Assembly (NCBI GenBank): GCA_050008535.1
Contig: JBEKML010000001.1
Coordinates: 327,050-391,049, forward strand
Direction: 5' to 3'
Source: Minisyncoccia bacterium
GTDB taxonomy: Bacteria > Patescibacteriota > Minisyncoccia > UBA6257 > 2-01-FULL-56-20
DNA: 64,000 nucleotides
Positions 8,577 through 16,817 of the stretch are shown here, in pieces. The first letter of the stretch is position 1. Each line of letters starts with the position of its first letter. A program made the position numbers and the translations under genes. The notes under the pieces were generated by a model, which saw only the letters and a list, made by a program, of their open reading frames with translations, was not told where the DNA came from and did not search any database.

Positions 8577-10274
8577 TTACGCGAACTTGTAGCTTATTTC
8601 CCTCACCTCTTTTATTTTCTTCAGCTTCACCACAAGCTTTTCAATCTTTATTTTATCCGTTGTGGAGACCTCGATGTGATAGAACTGGAAGCGCCCGCCC
8701 TTCGGATGGTCGGTATTGAAGTGCATGATGGTGAAGTGCTGGCGGGCGATCGCGGTCGAAATGTCTTTAATGAGTCCCACGCGCGTTTCGACGGTGATTT
8801 TGAGTTCGGTGTGCGTAGGCGCCTTGGCGGTTTGCGCAAATGCATTCTTTTCGCGGAGGGCGAGCTTGATGTGGCCGCGTGCAATGTCTGTTTTTACGAA
8901 TCGGAGCCAATCCTCGGAGGGCTTCTTCCCTTTTTGGACGATGATCTCCACGACATCGCCCGACCGCAGTGGGTGATCGAGCGGCGTGAGCGTGCCGTTT
9001 ATTTTTGCGCCCGCGCAGGAATTCCCGACTATGGAATGGATATGGTAGGCAAAGTCCACCGGCGTCGCTCCCCGGGGAAGATCAATCACATCGCCGCGCG
9101 GCGTTACGGCGAAGATCCGGTCCCTGAAGAAATCGATCTTCATTGCGCGGATGAGCTCTTCCGGGTCTTTTTCTTTTCCAAAAAAGCGTTCCTGCCAATT
9201 CTTCAATTGTTGCACCCACGTGATCTCTTCCGCCATTTTTTTCCCGGAGATCCGTTCGCCACGGCGGTTTTGATCATAGAGCCAGTGGGCGGCCACGCCG
9301 AATTCGTTCTCATCATGCATCTCTTTCGTGCGGATCTGGAACTCTATTGTCTTGTCGCCAGGGCCGATCACCGTTGTATGCAAGCTGCGGTAACCGTTCG
9401 GTTTCGGCATGGCGATGTAATCCTTGATGCGGCGGGGGACGGGCGGCCACGCTTCATGGATCACGCCCAAGGCCGCATAGCACTCCGGGATCGTTTCCAT
9501 GATCACGCGCATGGCGACGAGGTCGTGGATCTTCCCTATGTCCATGTCGCGCCGGAGCAATTTTTTATACAAGCTCGCATAGCGTTTGGCGCGGATCTCG
9601 ATGTCGTGCGGCTTGAGGTCGTGTTCCTCAAGCAGTTTCTTCACCTGCGGCTTCATTTTCTCAAGATAGGCAAGCCGCGATTGGTATTGTTCTTTTGTGG
9701 TTGCGAGGAGCCAGCGGTATTCCTGCGGATGGAGGTAAGGAAAAGCGAGATCTTCCAATTCGCCGCTCAAGTCATGCATGCCAAGGCGGTAGGCGAGCGG
9801 CGCATAGATCTCGTCGGTTTCCATCGCGACCCGTTTCTGCTTCACGGGCGGGAGCGCTTGGAGTGTTCGCATGTTGTGCAGGCGGTCGGCGAGCTTGATC
9901 AAGACCACGCGGAGGTCTTCCGAGATCGCAAGGATCATTTTCCGGAGATTTTCCACTTTGTTCTCCGCTCCGCGGTATTTGATGCGGCCGAGTTTTGTCA
10001 CGCCGTCCACGAGGAACGCGATCTCTTCGCCGAATTCTTTTTTGACCGTTTCGAGCGGCACGCTGGTGTCCTCGACCGTATCGTGCAAAAGTCCTGCGGC
10101 GATCGTGGCTTCGTCAAGATGCCAATCATTGAGGGTCCCCGCGGTCGCGAGCGGATGATTGAGATACGGCTCGCCGGTCTTCCGCTTTTGGTCCGCATGC
10201 GCCTTCTCTGCGAGAGCGTACGCTTTCGCAATAATGCCGGTCGGATTCTGTTTGACGAGTTCTTTTATTGTCAC
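8577..10274 (-). CDS. rel: RelA/SpoT family (p)ppGpp synthetase/hydrolase (HD, SYN, TGS, ACT)
   Basis: GEPYLNHP, LLHDTVED, KLADRLHNMRTL, KPNGYRSLHT, EFQIRT, TPVDFAY. Confidence 0.95.
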   Translation of the reverse strand: MTIKELVKQNPTGIIAKAYALAEKAHADQKRKTGEPYLNHPLATAGTLNDWHLDEATIAAGLLHDTVEDTSVPLETVKKEFGEEIAFLVDGVTKLGRIKYRGAENKVENLRKMILAISEDLRVVLIKLADRLHNMRTLQALPPVKQKRVAMETDEIYAPLAYRLGMHDLSGELEDLAFPYLHPQEYRWLLATTKEQYQSRLAYLEKMKPQVKKLLEEHDLKPHDIEIRAKRYASLYKKLLRRDMDIGKIHDLVAMRVIMETIPECYAALGVIHEAWPPVPRRIKDYIAMPKPNGYRSLHTTVIGPGDKTIEFQIRTKEMHDENEFGVAAHWLYDQNRRGERISGKKMAEEITWVQQLKNWQERFFGKEKDPEELIRAMKIDFFRDRIFAVTPRGDVIDLPRGATPVDFAYHIHSIVGNSCAGAKINGTLTPLDHPLRSGDVVEIIVQKGKKPSEDWLRFVKTDIARGHIKLALREKNAFAQTAKAPTHTELKITVETRVGLIKDISTAIARQHFTIMHFNTDHPKGGRFQFYHIEVSTTDKIKIEKLVVKLKKIKEVREISYKFA

Positions 10275-10396
10275 CTTCTCATCTTATCTCCGAAAGAAAC
10301 GATTAGGCAGGGATTGACGAAACGAAGACGGATATGGTATAGTATTCCTAGTCTCGGGGGCCCATGAGGCCGCCGAACAAACGGAGATCTTCTCAT

Positions 10397-10900
10397 ATGA
10401 GCACTAGAAAGATCGTGGTAACCGCCTGCGGTTTAAGTCTAATAGGCGGCATTCTGGGTTTGGCGGTGCTATTTTTCTTGTCCGCGACGCGCGCCGTCGT
10501 TCCCGCATATTATTGTGGGCTTGTCGCTCTTTCTCTCTGCGCGGTAGCTGCGATGACCTTCTGCCTTGATAAGATTATGCTCGCCGCGCTGGAGGAGAGC
10601 TTTGGCAAGGAGGTTGTCATCGCGCTCAGGTTGAACGAGATCGAGCTCTGCCGGGCGGAAATCAACAAAATCCTCCGCCGACTCGAGGCGGAATGTCGCA
10701 AAGTGAAAATGGAGCTGGCGGCATTCCGCGCTAGCACCCACACATTCAAGTTTGGCACCATTCAGTGCGACCGCCTGCAAGCGTTGGTGGACGATCTCGA
10801 ATTCACTAACAACTCTCTTCGGACCGCGAGGAGTGCGGCGAGATACGTCGGTGTCGCCAGCGTGCGTAGGCAGCTTCGCATGAGGCCGCTCCAGCTCTAG
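10397..10900 (+). CDS. Hypothetical protein with 2 TM segments and a coiled coil
   Basis: ORF with GGAG upstream, a TTGACG...TATAGT promoter near 10314-10343 and a downstream hairpin. Confidence 0.7.
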   Translation: MSTRKIVVTACGLSLIGGILGLAVLFFLSATRAVVPAYYCGLVALSLCAVAAMTFCLDKIMLAALEESFGKEVVIALRLNEIELCRAEINKILRRLEAECRKVKMELAAFRASTHTFKFGTIQCDRLQALVDDLEFTNNSLRTARSAARYVGVASVRRQLRMRPLQL

Positions 10901-10919
10901 GCCCCCGGTTTTCAAGCAG

Positions 10920-10955
10920 GACCGCTTCCCCCGCAAGGGAGAGAAGCGGTCTTTT
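10920..10955. terminator. Terminator between convergent genes
   Basis: GACCGCTTCCCCC-GCAA-GGGAGAGAAGCGGTC-TTTT. Confidence 0.7.
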
Positions 10956-10966
10956 CGTTTTAATTC

Positions 10967-13261
10967 TTATTCTTCGCCACTTGTCTTTTTGCCACCCTTC
11001 TTTTTGGGCGGATTTTCTTTCCAATATTTAAACGCCGCCTCAAGTTCCGCTTCCGACTCCGGTTTTTTGTTCATGACGAATGTGCAGTCGGGATAGCGCG
11101 TGCAGGCATAAAAAGGCCTGCCGCGGCCGCGGGACTTTTTCTCCACGATATCTCCCGGCTTATCAAACCGATCGTTTGAAGCAAGGCACGCGGGGCATTT
11201 GAATCCGGTCTTGTTCCATATTTTTGATATGCCCTTGCAGGTTGGATAATTGCTGCAGCCGAGGAAAAAGCCGAAGCGGCCGCGGCGCACTTTCATCGGT
11301 TTTCCGCAAAGCGGACAGTGCTCGTCTTTTGTTTTTTCTTCAAGCTCGCGGATCTGTGCCGCCTCTTCTGGCATGGGAAGCGTCACCTTTACGGCGGGAT
11401 CGGGGCAGGCGAGGAATTTCCCCATGCGGCCGAACTTGATCACCATCGGTTTCCCGCAGTGCGGGCAGGGCGTCGTGGAAATTTCAACCTGTTTTGTGAC
11501 CGACGCTTCCTTTTCGTCCAGCTCCTTTTTGAACGGGCCGTAGAATTCGCGGCATACGTCCGTCCATTTCATTTTCCCTTCGGCGATCTCGTCCAGTTCC
11601 TCTTCGATGTGGGAAGTGAATTTTACATCCACGATTTCCGGAAAATTTTCCACGAGGAGGTCGTTCACCACGAAACCGATCTCCGTCGGGTGGTATTTTT
11701 TCTCCATTTTTTCCACGTAGCCGCGGTCCTGGATGGTCGAAAGGGTCGGCGCGTACGTGGATGGCCTACCGATACCCTCGGCTTCAAGTGCCTTCACGAG
11801 CGTGGCATCCGTATAGCGCGGCGGCGGTTCAGTGAAGTGCTGGACCGGTTTTATTTCATCGAGCGTCAGCCGCATGTCCTTTGTGAGTTTCGGGAGCTGG
11901 CCTTCTATCTCGCCGCCGTTCGCGCCGTTGCCGTTCGCGCCTTCGTCGCGGCCTTCGGTATAGACGCGGATGAAGCCGTCAAATTTCACCGTTTGTCCGT
12001 TCGCCCGGAAGATCTCTTTTTTTGCAGTGTCGGCTTCAATGTCCACCGCGGTTTGCTCAAGGAGCGCCTCCTTCATTTGTGAAGCGACCGTGCGTTTCCA
12101 AATAAGATCGTAAAGCCGCTGGTCGTTGCGTTCTTTGACGCCGAGCGCAGGGCCAGACGTGGCGCGGAGATTCGTGGGGCGGATCGCTTCGTGCGCTTCC
12201 TGTGCGCCTTTGCTTTTTGTGGCGTACCGGCGCGGCTCGGGGAGTTGGTATTCTTTTCCGAATTCCGCGCCGATCACTTCCTGCGCGGTCGCGAGCGCGC
12301 TTTCGGCAAGCTGCACGCTGTCGGTCCTCATGTAGGTGATGTGCCCACGCTCGTAGAGCTTTTGTGCAATGACCATTGTTTGCTTTGCCGAAAAGCCGAG
12401 CTTGCGCGCCGCTTCCTGTTGGAGCGTGGACGTGGTGAACGGGGCCGCGGGATAGCGCCGCACTTCTTTTACGGTGATGTCCAAAATTTTATAATCGGCA
12501 TTTTTCAATCCCTCTATAATTTGTTTCGCTCCGCGGCCGGTCTTGATATCCATTTTGCCGAGCGGCTTGCCGCCAAGGGAAGAGAGGGTGGCGGGAAAAG
12601 GATTTTTTCCTTTCGGCGGAAGAAAAAGCGCTTCAATGGACCAGTACTCTTCTTTATTAAAGGCGTTGATCTGCCGCTCGCGTTCCACGACCAAGCGCAC
12701 GGCCACGCTCTGCACGCGGCCTGCCGAGAGTCCGTAGCGCACCTTGCGCCACAAGAAGGGCGATAGCCCGTATCCCACGAGCCGGTCCAGCACGCGCCGC
12801 GCCTGCTGGGCGTCTATGAGATTGATATCAAGCTCGCGGGGATTTTTTAATGCTTCTTTGATGGCGGATTCGGTGATCTCATGGAACGCGATCCGTTCGT
12901 AGGGGACCGCAAGCATTTTTGCTTTGTCTTTGTTCTTTCCTTTCCCCGTGCCGCCGTCCGCGGGTGCCAGGCCGAGCGCTGCCAGAAGGTGCCACGCGAT
13001 CGCTTCGCCCTCACGGTCTTCATCGGTTGCAAGGATCACCCTTGCGGCTTTCGCGGCGAGCTTCTTCAGATTGGCAACGATCGGCTTTGCCTTCGCCGGG
13101 ATTATATACTGCGGTTCGAAATCATGCTTGACGTCGATGCCCATGGTGCTTTTCGGAAGGTCGCGAATGTGGCCGTAGGACGATTCCACGGTGAATTGTT
13201 TGCCGATGAATTTTCCGATGGTCTTTGCCTTTGTGGGCGATTCAACGATAACGAGATCCAT
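10967..13261 (-). CDS. topA: DNA topoisomerase I with C-terminal Zn ribbons
   Basis: LVIVESPTKAKTI, ATDEDREGE, SAGRVQS, ITYMRTDS, GIGRPSTY. Confidence 0.97.
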   Translation of the reverse strand: MDLVIVESPTKAKTIGKFIGKQFTVESSYGHIRDLPKSTMGIDVKHDFEPQYIIPAKAKPIVANLKKLAAKAARVILATDEDREGEAIAWHLLAALGLAPADGGTGKGKNKDKAKMLAVPYERIAFHEITESAIKEALKNPRELDINLIDAQQARRVLDRLVGYGLSPFLWRKVRYGLSAGRVQSVAVRLVVERERQINAFNKEEYWSIEALFLPPKGKNPFPATLSSLGGKPLGKMDIKTGRGAKQIIEGLKNADYKILDITVKEVRRYPAAPFTTSTLQQEAARKLGFSAKQTMVIAQKLYERGHITYMRTDSVQLAESALATAQEVIGAEFGKEYQLPEPRRYATKSKGAQEAHEAIRPTNLRATSGPALGVKERNDQRLYDLIWKRTVASQMKEALLEQTAVDIEADTAKKEIFRANGQTVKFDGFIRVYTEGRDEGANGNGANGGEIEGQLPKLTKDMRLTLDEIKPVQHFTEPPPRYTDATLVKALEAEGIGRPSTYAPTLSTIQDRGYVEKMEKKYHPTEIGFVVNDLLVENFPEIVDVKFTSHIEEELDEIAEGKMKWTDVCREFYGPFKKELDEKEASVTKQVEISTTPCPHCGKPMVIKFGRMGKFLACPDPAVKVTLPMPEEAAQIRELEEKTKDEHCPLCGKPMKVRRGRFGFFLGCSNYPTCKGISKIWNKTGFKCPACLASNDRFDKPGDIVEKKSRGRGRPFYACTRYPDCTFVMNKKPESEAELEAAFKYWKENPPKKKGGKKTSGEE

Positions 13262-13274
13262 TATTGTTTTGTTT

Positions 13275-14303
13275 TTATATTGTATACCCTCCACCCTTTT
13301 CCTTGACCAGATTTTTTAGGAGAAGGAAAGAAAGCGTCCGGTTTGCGGTTGGGGCTTTTAGTTTAGTGATTGCCGCTATTTTGTCAACGTCAACCGGCTT
13401 GCGAACCTCCTGCAATGCTTTTAGAATCAGCTTTTCTTCGGGCGACACCGTGTTTTCCTGCGCCGCGATTTTTTCCTTGCGTGTTACGCCATAAGCCTCA
13501 AGAATCTCTTCCGCCGCGGTCACGAGTTCCGCCCCTTGACGGATCAGCTGATGGGAGCCTGCGAAGTTAGGATGCGTGACAGGGCCGGGTACCACAAAAA
13601 CGTCACGATTTTGTTCAAGAGCGCGGCGGGCGGTCGCGAGCGATCCTGATCCTTTCGGCGCTTCAATAATAATGACCCCCTGCGCGAGACCGCTTATGAT
13701 GCGATTTCGTTCGAGGAAACGGCCGGGGTACGGCGGAGATCCCAGTGGATATTCGGAAACAATGGCGCCGCCGCTTTCAAAGATCTTTGCGGCGAGCCGG
13801 TCGTTCTCCTGCGGATAGATGGCGTTGAGGCCGCCCGCGAGGACCGCGATTGTGATGCCCCTCGCTTCAAGGCATCCCTCGTGCGCGGCGGCGTCAATGC
13901 CGAAGGCGAGGCCGCTCACTACGGCGAAGCCGGACGGTACAAGCTCGCGCGCGAAACGGCGCGCAATACTTTTGCCGTCGGGTGTTGCCCGTCGGGTGCC
14001 CACGATGGCGATAAATCGTGCGTCCCTCGGCGGCAACGTGCCGCGGATATATATCCCGAAGGGATGGTCCGTGATCTCGCCGAGAAGGGTGGGATAGTGG
14101 TCATCTGCAAAAAGGATCAGTTGTACGTTCGCCCGCGTAAGTTTTTCCCATTCTCTTTCCGGTTCAATCGGATGCGCGCACAGTTTTCCAAGCGCTTCGT
14201 GCGCGTTTTTCCAGTCGCCGAATTTTTTCTTAAGCTTCGCGATTTTCCCGTAGTCGCCCGCGACCGCTGCGGCGACAGCATTGTAGTAAAACGCTTCTTC
14301 CAT
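13275..14303 (-). CDS. dprA: DNA processing protein DprA
   Basis: AIVGTR, VSGLAFGIDAAAH, FLERNRIISG, SGSLATA. Confidence 0.96.
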   Translation of the reverse strand: MEEAFYYNAVAAAVAGDYGKIAKLKKKFGDWKNAHEALGKLCAHPIEPEREWEKLTRANVQLILFADDHYPTLLGEITDHPFGIYIRGTLPPRDARFIAIVGTRRATPDGKSIARRFARELVPSGFAVVSGLAFGIDAAAHEGCLEARGITIAVLAGGLNAIYPQENDRLAAKIFESGGAIVSEYPLGSPPYPGRFLERNRIISGLAQGVIIIEAPKGSGSLATARRALEQNRDVFVVPGPVTHPNFAGSHQLIRQGAELVTAAEEILEAYGVTRKEKIAAQENTVSPEEKLILKALQEVRKPVDVDKIAAITKLKAPTANRTLSFLLLKNLVKEKGGGYTI

Positions 14304-14380
14304 CCTCTACAGCGTCAAGGAAAAGACAGGAAAGGTAAAGTATGCGTTAACAATGTTTTAATGATAGAATAGGAAAGAAG

Positions 14381-14911
14381 ATGAAAGGCAATCCTAGGAA
14401 ACAACTCTGGATGAGCTTCGGCATCGTCTTTGGGGTGGTTGTGGTCGCCTCGGTTGCGCTCTATTTTTTGTTGAGCGATCTTGATGCGCAGGCCGCAAGG
14501 ATCGTTTCCGATAAAGCACTTGTGGCGCAGCGGGTCGCGGTCGTCAGCGCTCTTGCAAGCCTCAAAAGTGATGCGGTACAGGCCGCGCAGTATGCGGACG
14601 CTATGAACAAACTGCTCCCTTCCCACGACGAGCTCATTGGTTTTCCGCAATGGATCGCCTCCGCGGGTCAGGAGCATAATGTTTCAGTTTCGATTGTATT
14701 TCGGGGGAACAATACGGTTGCCACCAATGCTCTTCCCGGAAGCGATGGTTTTTCTTTGGGTGCGAGCGGTGCGGCCACCGACATTGTTGCATTTCTTAGC
14801 GATCTCGAGACGCGCTCCGCGGGATTTCTCCTTTCTATCGATTCGTTTGATCTAACAAGCAACGGTTCGAGCTATCAACTTTCCGCGCAGGGAAGAGTGT
14901 TTTCAAAATAA
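14381..14911 (+). CDS. PilO-like type IV pilus assembly protein
   Basis: N-terminal TM, coiled coil, LLPS motif, then a ferredoxin-like tail (IVAFLSDLE...LLSIDSFDL). Confidence 0.6.
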   Translation: MKGNPRKQLWMSFGIVFGVVVVASVALYFLLSDLDAQAARIVSDKALVAQRVAVVSALASLKSDAVQAAQYADAMNKLLPSHDELIGFPQWIASAGQEHNVSVSIVFRGNNTVATNALPGSDGFSLGASGAATDIVAFLSDLETRSAGFLLSIDSFDLTSNGSSYQLSAQGRVFSK

Positions 14912-14916
14912 CCATC

Positions 14917-15135
14917 ATGAAGAAGATTTTAAGAAAGTACCCGGAGACAGTGCTCGCCATCCTCGCTATTGTTTTTCTCGGAGTCATTTTGGCGTATTTC
15001 AGTTGGGGGATCGGCGAGATGGTGGGGGAAGTGGACCGTGCCGTGAATGCAACGCCGGAGGTCAGTGGGGGCGTCGGGTTTGATCTTAAAGGCGCGCAAG
15101 CGCTGAATCTGAAGGGACTTGTCAAACCACAATAG
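14917..15135 (+). CDS. Small single-TM protein, probable T4P accessory
   Basis: 72-aa ORF directly after the pilO-like gene. Confidence 0.6.
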   Translation: MKKILRKYPETVLAILAIVFLGVILAYFSWGIGEMVGEVDRAVNATPEVSGGVGFDLKGAQALNLKGLVKPQ

Positions 15136-15160
15136 GAGGCCGTATGATGAACCGTGTCCC

Positions 15161-15232
15161 GCGTCCTTAGCTCAGTGGTAGAGCGCTACAATGACACTGT
15201 AGAGGCCGGAGGTCCGATCCCTCCAGGACGCA
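15161..15232 (+). tRNA. tRNA-Val(GAC) with an atypical T-loop
   Basis: GCGTCCT...CTACA-ATGACAC-TGTAG...GGAGG-TCCGATC-CCTCC-AGGACGC-A. Confidence 0.9.
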
Positions 15233-15279
15233 CCGGTTGCGATCGGCATACATGCCGTGCGTGATCGCGATCAATGCAA

Positions 15280-15351
15280 GCGCATGTAGTTCAGTGGTAG
15301 AACGCGTTCCTGATAAGAACGAGGTCGTAGGTTCGATTCCTACCATGCGCA
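15280..15351 (+). tRNA. tRNA-Ile(GAT)
   Basis: GCGCATG...CGTTC-CTGATAA-GAACG...GTAGG-TTCGATT-CCTAC-CATGCGC-A. Confidence 0.95.
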
Positions 15352-15566
15352 CAGGCAGAACAAAAAGGGATTTGGAAAGAGTACTAAGAAGGGCTCTTTC
15401 CAAATCCCTTTTTGTTCTGCCTGTGGTCTTTTGTTGGGAATCGAACGAGGGGCGGGTCGGAGGGGACACTCGGTGTCCCCTCCGTGTAGGAGAGAGGTTG
15501 AGAACCGAGGGTTCTCAAGGCGCAGGCGGCGCAGCCGCCGAGCAGTAAGATTCCTACCATGCGCAC
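15335..15566. repeat. Structured mini-element bounded by an 18-bp direct repeat of the tRNA-Ile 3' end
   Basis: GATTCCTACCATGCGCAC at 15335-15352 and 15549-15566; perfect 32-bp inverted repeat 15350-15381/15394-15425; three further hairpins. Confidence 0.88.
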
Positions 15567-15613
15567 GAAATATGATACACGACGAGTTGTTTTTTGATGT
15601 CTCAAACGAGTGC

Positions 15614-15643
15614 TTGACATAGTGAATTATTCTATGTTATAAT
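15614..15643 (+). promoter_or_regulatory. Consensus sigma70 promoter
   Basis: TTGACA-N18-TATAAT with extended TG. Confidence 0.75.
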
Positions 15644-15691
15644 AACACCAGTTGTTTAAATGCTTGATCCTGACCTGATTTGGAGGCTACC

Positions 15692-16690
15692 GTGAACAAG
15701 AAGCTCGTGGCCATCTTGATGGCCGTTTTCTTCCTTGGTGCCATCGCCTACTTGGGCGCGTCGCTTTGGAATGACTACAACTCCTACCGCCTGCGGGTCG
15801 CCGCTCTACACAACAGCGAGCCGGCTCCGAACGTCGACAACGGCACGCAGTCGGAAGAACCCAACAAATTACCACCGATGTACTCGGTGGTGAACCCGAG
15901 CCGCTTCCCCCTGAGCATCGTCAATTACAAAGGGCACTGGGTCGCGCTCGGCAAGGAACCAACCGTGCCCAACATCGAGTGGCGCTACGGCAGCGGCGAA
16001 TCGTTCCTGATGCGGTCGCCGGCCGGCGGTCGCATCGATGAAGTGTACGAGGGCTACTGCGTGAGCTACAACGAGCAGGGGGATTGCAAGGAAAAAAAGA
16101 CCCTCGTCGCTCGTTCACGGTGGGTTCGTCGTGGGCAACTCATCCGCGTGGTGAGTGGCGCGATTGTTCAGTTGGAGGGCAGAGCGATTTGCCGCCCAGT
16201 CGGAGATTCTCTGTTCCGCGCAACGCCGGTCGAGGAACTCCGCGATCCAAGCTGGAAACCCCGGGAAGTGGTGCGCAAGTTCGCTTCTGTTGACGAGCTG
16301 CGACACTTTGCCCAAGAAAGGGGCCAATGGATCGTCGTCGGGAGTAAGCTCGGGGCGCCGCTTTTCGGCTATCGCCATCCCGGAGCGCGGGTCTATGCCG
16401 TGGAGCACGAAAGGAAGCAATATTACGCATTTGGCCTCCTCGGCAAGAAGAAGCCCACCAAGCCGCTTGAAGGGTGCGCGGCACTGCCGATTCACGTCGG
16501 CTATCGTTACCTGCCCCTCGGCGTCGGCCACGACGCGGAGTACGGACCGGGATGTGTGAGCATCTTCGGTTTCGGCGCAGGGAGCGACGTGCGGGATATG
16601 CATAACGTCCGCATGGCAATCCTCTCGCGCGGCGAGGCGTGGTATTACGGCGACCCGGCGCCGAAATTCCGGCTCGAGGCTGTCCAATAG
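15692..16690 (+). CDS. Hypothetical membrane-anchored protein (orphan)
   Basis: GGAGG then GTG start, N-terminal TM, own promoter and terminator. Confidence 0.75.
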   Translation: MNKKLVAILMAVFFLGAIAYLGASLWNDYNSYRLRVAALHNSEPAPNVDNGTQSEEPNKLPPMYSVVNPSRFPLSIVNYKGHWVALGKEPTVPNIEWRYGSGESFLMRSPAGGRIDEVYEGYCVSYNEQGDCKEKKTLVARSRWVRRGQLIRVVSGAIVQLEGRAICRPVGDSLFRATPVEELRDPSWKPREVVRKFASVDELRHFAQERGQWIVVGSKLGAPLFGYRHPGARVYAVEHERKQYYAFGLLGKKKPTKPLEGCAALPIHVGYRYLPLGVGHDAEYGPGCVSIFGFGAGSDVRDMHNVRMAILSRGEAWYYGDPAPKFRLEAVQ

Positions 16691-16716
16691 CCCGGCCGCG
16701 ACAATCGTTTTCTAGA

Positions 16717-16750
16717 CGGCGAGGCAGGAATGCCTCGCCGATTTGTTTTT
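16717..16750 (+). terminator. Intrinsic terminator
   Basis: CGGCGAGGCA-GGAA-TGCCTCGCCG-ATTTGTTTTT. Confidence 0.8.
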
Positions 16751-16817
16751 GTGGACCCGGAAAGAAGTCAAACCCCCTTTAAAATAGTTTTAATGCCCGT
16801 CGTGCTACGATGCGGGC

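Noticed and set aside
8316-10367. 683-aa ORF on the + strand
   Set aside because: Antisense shadow of rel; no motifs, and long shadow frames are expected in GC-rich coding DNA. The same applies to many other overlapping ORFs in the track.
10363-10889. 11-bp direct repeat CATGAGGCCGC near both ends of an orphan ORF
   Set aside because: Short, the second copy is inside the CDS, and there is no transposase or terminal inverted repeat; plausibly chance.
15335-15566. CRISPR array
   Set aside because: Only two repeat copies, identical to the tRNA end; no regular spacers and no cas genes.
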